Origin: Daphnia carinata | Lineage: Eukaryota | Assembly: GCF_022539665.2 (NCBI RefSeq) | Contig: NC_081332.1 | Coordinates: 5,270,001-5,334,000, forward strand | Length of the DNA stretch: 64,000 nucleotides | Direction of reading: 5' to 3' | Part shown: positions 40,861 to 53,060 of the stretch, piece by piece | Layout: each line of letters begins with the position of its first letter | Position numbering within the stretch: position 1 is the first letter of the stretch | The notes under the pieces: generated by a model | Told to the model about the DNA's origin: nothing | Database searches by the model: none | Seen by the model: the letters and a program-made list of their open reading frames with translations, nothing else | Program-made: the position numbers and the translations under genes

Positions 40861-43281
40861 ATGAAGTCAGGCGAACGAGATGTTGCTTGCAGCAGCTCGA
40901 AAAGTGATGCAGCTTTTGATGCTGATGCTATTCTCGTTCATCTAGGCAGTACCGGTTGGTTTCAGTTTCGATTTTTCATCTGTCTCGCTTACGCTGTCCT
41001 TTTTCCAACGGCCACCATTCTTGTCTTCAATTTTACGGGGGCCACGCCGGCTCACAGGTATTTACGCTTTTCTGTTATGTTTCCACTATTGTATAAAAAA
41101 AAAAACGTTTGTCAAAAGATGTTTTGTAGATGGTTGTGACGATAGTATTAGTCCACAATATTTGGCGGAATGGATGGATGCAACTGTCATTATGGACCTG
41201 CATAGTAACGCGAAAAATGGCAATGTGAATTTCCCAAGTTCGCCATTTTGTCCGACTGTGCCAACATCACCACCAACGATGTCTGCAATGGCTGGATTTT
41301 CGATAAATCCATTTTCACTAGCACAATTGTAACTGATGTAATAATTTAATCATGGTTTTTCTCATTTTGTCATTAATTTCAAATTTCTCGTTGTACTTTA
41401 GTTTCTTTTAGTTTGCAAAGATTCTTGGAAACCCACGTTTGTTTCTTCTCTTACGATGGGAGGCATTATGGTCGGTGCATTTTTTCTCGGGCCTTTACCA
41501 GACATGTTTGTATTTACATCTAATTTAATCGAATACTTGTTTTGACGTATACGTATTTTGCACAGAATTGGACGCCGTAAATCTGTTTTAATTTTGAGTG
41601 TATGGATGAGTGTGTTTGGCATTGGATTATCATTCTCACGTAACTACGAAGAATTTGCCCTACTTCGCTTTCTTAACGGTATGGGTTGTATTGCTCTTAT
41701 GCAAGCTCTGGCAATTTGGGGTTAGTATTTATTATTAAAAACTATACCATTGTTTAGCCATTACCATATATTAATATACTTGTTTAAAAATTATAGGTGT
41801 AGAAGCCATGGCATCAAAAGTGCGGGTCAAATTCATCTTCGTTATTTACTGTTTCCAGTCGCTAGGTAATTTGTTGACCGGTCTGCTGGCCTACCTTGTT
41901 CGCGACTGGGTTACGTTACAACTCTATCTTTTCGTCCCGATGACTGTGACCGTCACTTACTTCTTGTAAGTAAAACTGAAAGAAAAACATTGATCGGCTC
42001 TGTTCGAATGACTTTGCAACAGCTTCAGTCTTTGTTGACAGTGTGCTTCCGGAATCAACTCGATGGCTGACTGTCAAGAAAAGGTACGACGAAGCCAAGA
42101 AGATCTATGAGCGAGCAGCCCTGCTTAATAACAGGGAAATACCTCCGCATTTGTTGCTGATTCCGGTGGCTGATCCACTGGAATGTCTTGCAGTAGGAGG
42201 CAGTAGTCCTTCGTATAATAGTCCGGAAGACGCTAGCCCCTGGATATCCATATGGCATATTTTTAAAACACCCTGTTTGCTGAAGCGATTGCTGATCCTC
42301 TTTTGTACCTGGTAAATACGTATCTAAGTTTAAGTATTAACAAACGGTTTTATTGAATTTGTTTTTCATCAAATAGGGCGTCTGCTATGTTGTCTTATTA
42401 CGGTCTGTCCTATTCAGCTTCGAACCTGTCTAATGATGTTCATCTTAACTTTATATTGACCATGTATGGCAAGTTTCAAAGCTAACCTATAACCGTCTCT
42501 GTCTTAGATTCCCATTTCATTGAGGATACGTAAATTATTTTCAGATTAGTAGAGATTCCTGCCTATGTGATTGGCATGTTTGCAGTGGATTTACTAGGAC
42601 GAAGGTCGGTTATCAACATAACTTTAATGCTTGGAGGAACATCCTGTCTCCTAGCCGGTCTCGTGCCACATGGTAAAGAGAGCCTTAGTTGTTATCATTC
42701 CAGTATTGTTTTAGCCAGAAAATGAAAGTGCACTTTATGTTAACACTCTAGATCATTACGAATTAATTGTGGGCTTCTCGCTGGTCGGCAAGTTCTTTAT
42801 TTCGATGCAGCTTGTGACAGTTAACGTGATTACTGCTGAATTATTTCCTACTGCTTCGCGGGGCCTCACCATCGGACTGTGTTCGACGATGGGAAAAATG
42901 GGCGGAATCTTTGCTCCAATTATGTCTGCAATGGTTAACCTCTCCGTTTCAGTCACCGAAAATACATAATAAATTAAATCAATTTCATCTGTTCAACAGG
43001 GTGCAGCAGACAGTAGCCTTCCTTACGTTCTTTTCGGAGGCATAAATCTCACTGTCGGAATGCTGAGTTTAATGCTACCAGAGACAAAAAATCTTCCGAT
43101 ACCAGCAACCATTCAGGACGCCAAAGACAGGGAACTGTAAGTAATCAATTTAAGCATTAGTTAGCAGCTAAATTAGCACGTTACTTTCTCACTAAGAAAA
43201 ACACTTGATCCATTCGGATGCATCCGTAAAAGGCAACAACAAAGTACGATCGCATTGAATACGAGTACTAATTCCATCTGA
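40861..43281 (+). CDS. SLC22 organic cation transporter, paralogue 1 (apparent frameshift at ~41213-41217)
   Basis: FDADAILVHLGSTGWFQ, WIFDKSIFTSTIVTD-FLLVC, IGRR, LPESTRWL, VEIPAY, AELFPTASRG, LPETK. The reading frame shifts within exon 2. Confidence 0.88.
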
Positions 43282-43862
43282 CAACCCCGCTACCCCATGC
43301 CCCCAATACGTAATGTAAAAACTATATAGCTCTTCGCATCGCTTGTTTTTAGTTTCCGTTCTCCAGTTATTTTGAAGTACGTCAAAATGTTAATCGTTTA
43401 TAGGTTAAAAATGTTTGACCTAATAGAAAATGGATTGATTGCTTATAAGGAATCACGAGTGGCACTCTTAATTGCTTGCCCTGACATGCTTCCGTGGTTG
43501 CAGTGCCAAGATCCTTATTAAATATTAAGTAGGAAGTGCGAGGTGGCCGGTAGCAATAGTGTAACAAAAGTACGCGCATGTCTCTCCAAACTACTATTGG
43601 TACATGAAAAGAAAAAGACAATCTGAATCACCGAGATAAGCCATGTTTAGTATGCATGTATTTACAATGTATTGCGACGACTAAGTCGGGACCTTGTGAT
43701 CACGCGCCGGCATTTCGGGTGGCCGGGCCACTAATAAATACTGCGACGAGTTTCGCCAACAGGACCTTTCGTGTTTTGGCTGGCTTGCCGCGTAGGACCC
43801 AGTTCTCGTCAAACACCCCGAGGAGAAGGACGTAAAGCAGTGCCAAACTCAAACGTTAGACG

Positions 43863-46529
43863 ATGGGTGCTCCGAAGCCGATTGAAAATGAGAAGCCTCC
43901 AAATCAAGACGGATCACCATCTAACACTTCTGACGATGGCGACCCTGGCGATGCTTTTAACGCGGATATAATCTTCGGTCATTTAGGCAAAATGGGATGG
44001 TTTCAAATCAAGTACCTTTTTGGCATCGGATATGGCTTGCTGTTTCCAACGTCGTGTATCCTAATTTACGTCTTTGTGGGAGCCGTACCTGCTCACAGGT
44101 AACATTTTAAATTCAAAGAATATAAATAACGAATGAAATAGGAAATGCCTTGTACCACATATTTCTGCTGTTCTTTTTTATCCTTGGAATAATGTGTGCT
44201 CATTTTATGCGCGGACAGGTGTTTTGTTGAGGGTTGCGATGATCCAATTGACCCAGAGTACAAAGCCGATTGGTTAAACGGAACTGCCCTCAACAGTCTT
44301 CTTAAAACTCCTCGTGCATGGCGCTGTAGCTACCAGGATTTTGATATCATACCGAATGCTACCACCCCGGAGTGTGCATATCAAAATTACACGGCCAATG
44401 CCACCTGCCACAGCTGGATTTTCGACAAGTCTGTCTTTACAAGAACAATCGTTACTGACGTAAGATACAGTTGCCTATTTAAACATGCAAATATTGTACA
44501 AGTTAATTGAGTTCAAACATTTTTTTGCGCAGTACCTTCTCGTGTGCGGTGAATCATGGAAGATAACCTTTGGTTCGTTTATCACAATGTTGGGAATTTT
44601 ATTGGGTGCTTTTTTCCTCGGTCCGTTGCCCGATTTGTAAGTACGCAGTTCCACGAAGGAACGTAGCGTAGCTTAGACATTTATTTTTCAATTATGAATC
44701 TTTTCCAGAATCGGACGACGCACGGCAGTTGTTGTACTGGGGACGTGGATGGCGGCCTTTGGCATAGGTTCGTGCTTCGCTCCCAATTTTGACGGGTTTG
44801 CAGCGCTTCGATTTCTTACGGGTATGGGAGGAGTTGCTGTATTACAAGCCCTCATTATTTGGGGTAAGAAAATTAAGAATTTTAGTATTTGAGAAAACAT
44901 TTTCATGTGACATTCATGGTTTATGAAGGATTGGAAGCACAAGCTCCAGTAATGCGAATCAAATTCATTTGCCTCATCTATTGCTTTCAATCCATTGGAA
45001 ATCTTATCAGCGGATTACTGGCATATTTTATCCGTGATTGGATAATATTGCAGCTGTGCCTTTTTGTGCCGATGGGATCAATGGTAGTTACCTATTTGTA
45101 AGTTCCATTCATGTTCTGTTATCTTCATTATGCATAGCTCCAATTGTTGACGATTTTCTTGATTAGCATTTTGCCTGAATCTACTCGTTGGCTGACGGTT
45201 AAGAAAAGATATCCTGAAGCCAAGGAAATCTATGAAAGAGCAGCAAAATTAAACAAGAAAATCATTCCTGCTTACTTGCTGGCCCTTCCTTCCGATGACT
45301 CTTCAAAAGCAACTGAAGCCGAAGGAGCCCCACCCGCTCCTGCTGCTCATGATTCAAATCCCCTGAGCTCAGCAGCACAAGTTTTAAAGACGGGAACTCT
45401 GCTGATACGTCTTCTAATCCTCTGCGCCACATGGTATATTCAGCGTGATTGAAATAATCGGACGAACTTTTGTCATTATCTTAATGTCATTATCTGTGTA
45501 GGCTTGCTCAGTTCTTGTGCTATTATGGGCTATCGTACGCTGCGTCCAATTTGTCCGCCGACGTTCATTTCAACTATATTTTAGTCATGTAAGTTAATTA
45601 TAATTGAGCACATAAATTGTTAGCGGTACTTAGTAGCCATTTATCAGCTGTTAACCGACGGAAACTACAATCTCTTTTCGAAATTTGTAGATTGGTGGAA
45701 ATTCCCGCTTACGTAAGTGGAATGTTTGCTTTGGATTACATTGGAAGAAGACTTGTCCTTAACTTCACGTTATTAGCTGGGGGATCGTTCTGTCTCGTAG
45801 CCGGATTAATTTCTAAAGGTAAATGAAATTTAAAAATATTATATCACTAACTTATTAATTGCTCTTTGTTATATATGATCATGCATTTTTTATTGTATAT
45901 CCAGAGTACAGTACCGTTATTGTCGTATTTTCGCTCATGGGCAAATTCTGTACTTCAATGTTAACGGTAGCAAATAATGTCTTTACATTTGAGCTCTTTC
46001 CGACCGTTTCCCGAGGTATGAAGTCAAACAGGTCCAAATGAATGTTATATATTTAAAAAGAATTATTCCTTAGGTATAACCATCGCTTTGTGCTCTACGA
46101 GTGGAAAAGTTGGAGCTATTATTGCCCCATACATTGCAGCTATGGTAAAAAGAAATTTTAGTTTAAAAATGTACTATACAAAATAGTCGAAGTTTCTTGT
46201 CTTTTTTATAGGGAGTGGTGAACCGCAGTCTTCCTTACGTTATTTTTGGGGCTATCAGTTTGATTATTGGAGTTTTTACTTTGTTGCTACCAGAAACGAA
46301 AGGTCTTCCTATTCCATCTACCATCCAACAGGCTATTGATTTGGACAGGTGCGTTGTTCGTATTGCCAAATCTATTTCTATTCGTGATAAAGGACGCTTT
46401 AACGAATTTACCTTCCATTTCAGTACGAAATTTAGTATTGCAGCATTGTGTCGTAAACGGAATCCCTGCTGCCGTGCAAAGGGAGCAGCCTCGACTGAAG
46501 CTAGCAGCAATTCCGATGCTACCTTATAG
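43863..46529 (+). CDS. SLC22 organic cation transporter, paralogue 2
   Basis: FNADIIFGHLGKMGWFQ, WIFDKSVFTRTIVTD, LPESTRWL, VEIPAY..IGRR, FELFPTVSRG, LPETKG. Intron positions are largely shared with paralogue 1. Confidence 0.92.
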
Positions 46530-47289
46530 CTTTCTCGACTTCGCCTAGAGGATCTTATGATTTCAGGACATTTTTTCTTACATCACAAAATTGATTAAAC
46601 TGTAAAAACGTAGTTAATTGTGATCGCTTTATATCGACTGCATTATGTACTGTTAAATAACTTTTAACAATTCTTCAAATTTCTTCACATTTGCTTTGAA
46701 ACGAATTCGAACTAGTTGTCATAGTTGTTGAATGTGGACGTCCTGAGAAACTGCGGGTCAAACTTCTTACAAAAAATGGGGTCAAGCGCTGTTAACAACG
46801 CATTCAAACGGACGTTTCCTTTTTGTTCATTTGTTTTTATCTTATAAGATTGTTTAAACGGTATATTAGTGCTGTCACAAGGCGCAGTGCCTCCATTAAA
46901 TATTTGTTTTCAGTGGAGTCATTGATTGAAATGTTAATATCTGCCCCTTTCTGTTGCACAACGTAATGTTCCATATAAGTTGTTTTCCTCTCGTCAATAA
47001 TATAACACAAACGCGTTAAACTAGTCTTACTAGAAGAATAGTTGGCCAAGGGCTAAGAGCAGCCAAAGATGGCCCAATTGAACGAATCACACAATCACAC
47101 ATTCACACGGCCAACGGTCAATGCACATCCTGGCACATTTTCGGTTGCTAGTGCGGCCCTAAATAATTCGAGTATTTGCTTATTTCGTTTGATCTGTGAT
47201 CCGCTTGCGTCTGACATTTGCTGTTCTCCCTGTTGCTGTCTGGCTGTTAAGAAAAAGTGGGTGTCTGATGCACGTGTTCGTGCTAAGAA

Positions 47290-50200
47290 ATGGATACTGA
47301 AACTGAAACCTTAATGAATGGCCAGCGTTTGAAACCCAATCAAGGTTTGCCCTCGAATAGTGCTGATGGTGCTATAATTTATGATTCGTCGCATTTTCAG
47401 CTACGAAGTCGAGATCGACATGTCAGTTATGGAAGCATCAATGGAGTACGAAGTCGTAAAATTTTGTCCAGATGTTTAATTTATGTAAAAAAAATTTACA
47501 GGCAGTTCCTCTACCGGAAAATAATCGAGAACCAGAAATGCCTGGAAGGCAAAGTGTTACGTTTAGAAGACTTCCACCAGAAATGCTAACCACACTTTCA
47601 TCGCAGTTTGAAGTATATCAATTTAGTTTCCTAATACTATAATGTTTTACAAGAAGCAACATTTTGTGTGATAGAGCTTAGATTATGAACCATGGGAAAG
47701 TAGAGTATTTAAAGAAGAATACTCCAAAAAAACTCCATCTTCCCTAACAAAGCAAGGGGTCACTCGATGGATTGTTGTATTTTTTATTGGAGTTTGTACT
47801 GCACTAATTGCCTGCGCAATTGACATATGTGTAGTTGAAATCACAAAACTCAAATATGGATTTTTGAAGAAATGTAAGATAGCCATATGGTAAACAAACA
47901 AAAAATCCTGGTATGTTGCTAATAATATTCTTTCTTTACAGATATTGATAAGTGTGTTACTGAAAATTGTCTGTACATTCCATACCTACAATGGTTGGGT
48001 ATTAGTTGTGGTTTTGCTTTAATTGCGTCATTGTTGGTCACATATGGCGAACCAGTGGCTGCAGGCAGTGGCATTCCGTTAGTTAAATGTTATTTAAATG
48101 GTATTAATGTACATCGTTTACATCGGCTGAAAACTCTGTTCGTCAAAGCAGCCGGTGTAACATGTTCTGTGTTAGGTGGTTTAGCCGTAGGAAAGGTATG
48201 TATGCATTCACGTAACGTGAATAACTTACAGTGACATGGTTACAAATTCACGTTAATATTATAGGAAGGTCCTATGGTTCATTCTGGTGCGGCTGTAGCT
48301 GCTGGATTATCGCAAGGAAAAACTACCTCTTTAGGTTTCGATTTTGGAATTTTAAAAGAGTTTCGCTGTGATCAAGAAAAGCGCGATTTTGTAACCGGGG
48401 GTGCGGCAGCTGGTGTTGCTGCTGCTTTCGGGGCACCAGTTGGTAATATTTATAATATCTTCACATTTACTTGTCGATTATAATAATACGATATATTACC
48501 ACAGGGGGTGTATTATTTAGTCTTGAAGAGGGTTCAAGTTTTTGGAACCAAAATATGACTTGGAGAATATTTTTTTGTTCAATGGTATCTGCATTCACGT
48601 TGAATGTTGTTCTCAGCGCATATCATGGCCAAATAGGTATTACCTGTTTCCTGGTTTGAAATCTTTCAAAAGACTTACCTTTTTTCTATTGTCTTTAAAG
48701 GTCAGTTAGCTTATGACGGATTGCTCAACTTCGGAAAGTTCCCAGACATTCCTTTTACTTTGTTGGAATTACCCATTTTTATAGGAATGGGCATCATTGG
48801 AGGACTCATTGGGGCACTTTTCAATCAGATGAATTATCATATAAGTGTTTTTCGCCGACGGTAATCTAAAGAAAAAACGACCGTTGTCGTTCCTGTCTTT
48901 AATATTATACCTTTTCTATCACTAGATTTATATTTAGCCGTTGGGCGAAAGTCTTGGAAGTAATTGTTGTTTGCTGTGTCACCGTCACCGCTGGCTTCGT
49001 AATGATTTATTGTGTAAATGATTGCAAACCACTTGGTGCAAAAGACGATATCGATTTCCCAATCCAGGTAGGCTACAGAGTCTGAATCAAACTAACCCAC
49101 CAATCTCACCTAAGTCGTTTTGTTTTCCACAGATGTTTTGCGAAGACGGCCAATTCAATGCAGTAGCTGCGATGTGGTTCCAAACGCCTGAAGCTAGCGT
49201 GCGTGCCCTGTTTCACGACCAACCAGGTCTGGTAAATCTTTAGTAAATCAAATGGAATGAGGAGTTATAATACGTTTTGAAATATGCAGGCACACACAAT
49301 CCGTTGTCGGTAGGATTATTTTTTATAACTTATGTTTTCCTTGCGTGCTGGACGTACGGACTCAGCATTTCAAGCGGGATCTTTATTCCGGCCCTCCTCT
49401 CCGGTGCAGCTTGGGGCCGCCTGGTCGGCCTTGGTCTCTATCGATTAACCGAAGGAGCTGTAAGCTTTGGCGGAAAACCAATCTTAAATCTATGACAGTT
49501 CCTAATAATTTCTGTCCCTTTTATGCAGGCATGGGCAGATCCCGGAAAATATGCTTTAATCGGTGCAGCTTCACAGCTGGGCGGAATAGCCAGAGTTACA
49601 CTCTCATTGGCTGTGATTCTAATCGAAACAACAGGAAATCTCTCACTCGGATTAGGTCTCATGCTTACTTTATTAACAGCTAAGCTTGTAGGAGATTGCT
49701 TTAACGCGGTTTGTAGCTTAAAAGATTCATTTTATGGCGTGTGACGCTTAATTAAAATTGCTTTGACGGATTTTCTTTATTTCTACAGGGAATATACGAC
49801 ATGAATGTGCAATTAGCTGGACTGCCAATGTTGCCATGGTCATCGCCTCCTCTCTGCCACGGCACACAGGCTCGCGATATCATGAGCAAGCCTGTTGTTG
49901 TTCTCAAGGAAGTCGAGCGTGTGTCTACTATCCTGAGCGTGTTGGAAGAAACCCGCCATCAAGGATTCCCAGTGATATTCGAAGATCGGTTTGCTGGTCC
50001 GCAGGGCAAGCAGACCAGCTTCGGGATGTTGCGCGGATTGATCCTAAGGAGCCAACTGAAAATCCTGCTTAAAGAAAAAGCATTCTGTTCTTCGCCAACA
50101 GGAAGCGCATCTCAGCCTCCAGTGTCTCTTGAGACATTCCGTATGTATTATCCACGCTACCCTACGTTCCAGGTAAATCAATCCTACATGGTAAGTCTCG

Positions 50201-50652
50201 TTTGAATTAATGCCTAATGCTAAAAAAAAAATTGTAGGGTATGCATTTCACTGAGGAGGAACGATCTTCATATTTGGATTTACGTCCCTACTTGAATCCG
50301 ACGCCTTACACAGTCCCTTTGGTAATTACTTGTAGCACTACTGTAGATGCAAAGGCTTTATTTAATAGTCAATCTTTAACCCTTCGCTAGCACGCGTCAC
50401 TGCCTCGCACTTTTCAGCTCTTCCGAGCTCTTGGACTTCGGCACTTGATCGTTACCGATGATAATAATGAGGTGATTATATGCCAGGCCAATGTCATTGC
50501 AAATAAAATCATGCGATGTTTTCTTGTATTTACCGTCGTAGGTTGTTGGCATGATAACGCGTAAGACTTTGGCCCGTTATCGAGCTCGAATCTGCTGTGG
50601 AACAATTGACTTTGTCGAGCTTCCGTTAGGCGGTCATGGCGTTCAACTGTGA
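47290..50652 (+). CDS. CLCN7: H+/Cl- exchange transporter ClC-7-like
   Basis: [22 protein letters not shown] (gating Glu), FSLEEG (proton Glu), GIFIP, GIYD and two CBS domains ([16 protein letters not shown]); TGA at 50650-50652. Confidence 0.95.
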
Positions 50653-51787
50653 TCGTGATATTAATTTTCTTTTGGCCCTAATAGGACCTTGATCCCAACG
50701 CTTCGTTTCAACGATAACACACACAATTCGGTTGATTACGTAATAGTTTAGTCCACTCCCCTCCCCTCCCCGTTCTCCAGCTATCCCCCTGTATTGGAAA
50801 ATACCCTCTAGTCCTTTTAAAAACAAACGTATCATTCCGATCGTAAAGCTAAAATGTGATTTCACCTCGAGCTTCTTCCTTTTTCGTTGAAAGTCGAGGG
50901 AGCACGGTCTGTTGTGTTTTTGTTTGTTTTTTATCGTCTTGTTTTCGTTATTTTTCAGTTGTCTCCTTTCGCAATCTTACATTTTAGGTGGTAGCAGTAG
51001 CTTATAGTTTTATCTCAGGTTGCTTTTTGTTCAGAATATTGGCCTTGAATCAAGAATGGTTCTTTCCCCAATCCCACCGATGTCTTTCCGCCAACGTCTA
51101 TTCCGAGTATTCTTCGCGTTTGACGGACAAAAAATAGCCTTGCAGAGTTGCCCCATGATGGATTGCTAACGATTTACTATTTTATAAGCCAACTAGATGT
51201 TAGCGTTCATAAATAATATACGCGATGTTGCGTAGAGACCTTGAATTCCTCCTTTGCTCTAGATTTCGTCACCCTAGCAACCGGTACATCGCAAAAATTA
51301 TTGTGGCGTGCAGGATCATCTGTTGTGCCTTACGAATGGAACTTGTCTCTTTGTTTTTCTTTTTATGCCAGGAATTGCCCGTCGCGTGAGACTGTGTGGA
51401 ATCAGGTCAGTAGGGGATTTCCAGTTCCAGCCGGTTCAAGCCGCCGAAGCTCGAGCGTTTGGGACTTAGACGGCCCCAATGCACCCAGAATACAACTCGT
51501 CTGTAAGTTGGCTCTAAGAATCCATACATACTTTAAAAAATCAAGAAAAATATATCATATACATTTTTTGCATAATATTAGACCGCGCAGTTCCAGACCC
51601 GTTCACGTCCTAATTCCAGGTAATGCTTAATGATATGTGTACTGAAAGCGAAAGTAAAGTAGGATATTAGTTATTTTCTAAAGTAATGAACGGAACGGCG
51701 TCTGAGCTGTTTTCCTTGGGCATTAGCATAGCGGCAGATTTCTGAACAAGAAACCCCACAGCAACAACCGAATGGAAACCAAGCGCA

Positions 51788-51942
51788 GCCAATCAGAAAG
51801 CGACGCAGCGCGACACACCCTCTTTCAACCCATTGTACATGGACTTTGGTGGATCCACGGCAAAGGACGATCGCGGACGCATATAAACCGGGACGGGACT
51901 CCCTCTTGTCGTAATATTCAGGAATTCCCATCGTTGGCGAAG
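51788..51942 (+). promoter_or_regulatory. Putative UCP promoter (CCAAT, TATA) and non-coding exon 1
   Basis: AGCCAATCAG at ~51788, CATATAAA at ~51880, and an AAG|GTAAGG donor at ~51943. Confidence 0.5.
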
Positions 51943-52761
51943 GTAAGGTTCTTTTTTTGCTGCGTCTTTAAGTTCATTTATTTTACTTGATATTTTTTCA
52001 TGTGTTTAGAAATTTAAGCTGTGCATCTGGTTTGCTTGCATTTGCCTTGCCGTTGTTGTCCAAATCCTCAGTTTTACTGCCGAAATTTTGGCTCCAAGTA
52101 GTCGAGCAATAACGTTGGCTTTCTCTAAGGTATATATATAAGAAAACATTTCTAAACAAATTTTTTTTTAACTATTTTAACTTGTGGATTCCAAGTTTAA
52201 GAAAACTTGTACAGTATGTTTTTAAAGCACCTTGCTTGGTCCTACTATCCCTATTGATTTTCCCCTTCCTCTAGCACCCACGTGGGTTTCCAGTTGAAAC
52301 TGGTTCCAGCTAGAGGTGAGCGTGGTGGAGACAAAGAAAGCATCTTGCTATCGCGTGTTCCTAGAGCTGTAAGATTTCGGGTAGTGTTGGCGATCTGATA
52401 GTCTGTTCAAGCGCTTTTATTTATTTTTTTTAGTTGCTAGGAAAATGCATAAAGGTAAAAAAACAGAAAACTGGCAGAATACGCAGAGTGCAACTAGTAG
52501 CTAAAGCGCAGGTTGTCGAACAGTTGTTTCATGGCCAAAGTACAAAGTCATGTACGGTTGGACCCTGGGAATAATGTTACGACTGTCCTCCAGGAAGGTC
52601 GAAAACGCCCTGTTATGTTGTTTGTCCAGAACGTTAGACTGTCGATGAAGGCCAATGTAAAAAAAAATACTTATGCATCGCTATCAGTAATCTAAGGCGT
52701 TGATTAGACAAAATACGTCTAATTTTTTAAACTTTATCTATTTATTGCAGACAAGTGTATT

Positions 52762-52902
52762 ATGGTCGTAAAACAAAACGATTCGGCTGTCGCGCTCAAC
52801 TGGCGATTGTTTACTCCCGGCTGTTTTCGCCAGGCCCTTCACCGTCTCTTTGACGATTTTCGGGAAAAACAAGAAGAAATCCATTCCACGAATACCAACT
52901 AG
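52762..52902 (+). other. 46-codon upstream ORF in a putative 5'UTR exon (52751-52957) of the UCP gene
   Basis: Acceptor ttgcag at 52750, donor CAG|GTAATT at ~52958; the ORF runs from ATG 52762 to TAG 52902. Confidence 0.55.
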
Positions 52903-53060
52903 TCTGTATTTGACTCGTTTTTAAATTAAATCTAAATCCTTATTTGGAGAAAAACAGGTAATTTAGATTTAGCATTGTGCGTTTGGATTCTGGTTACTTA
53001 TTTAACAAAATTCTTTCATTTGGCACTGCTAGATTAAAAACAAAAAAACATTATAATACA

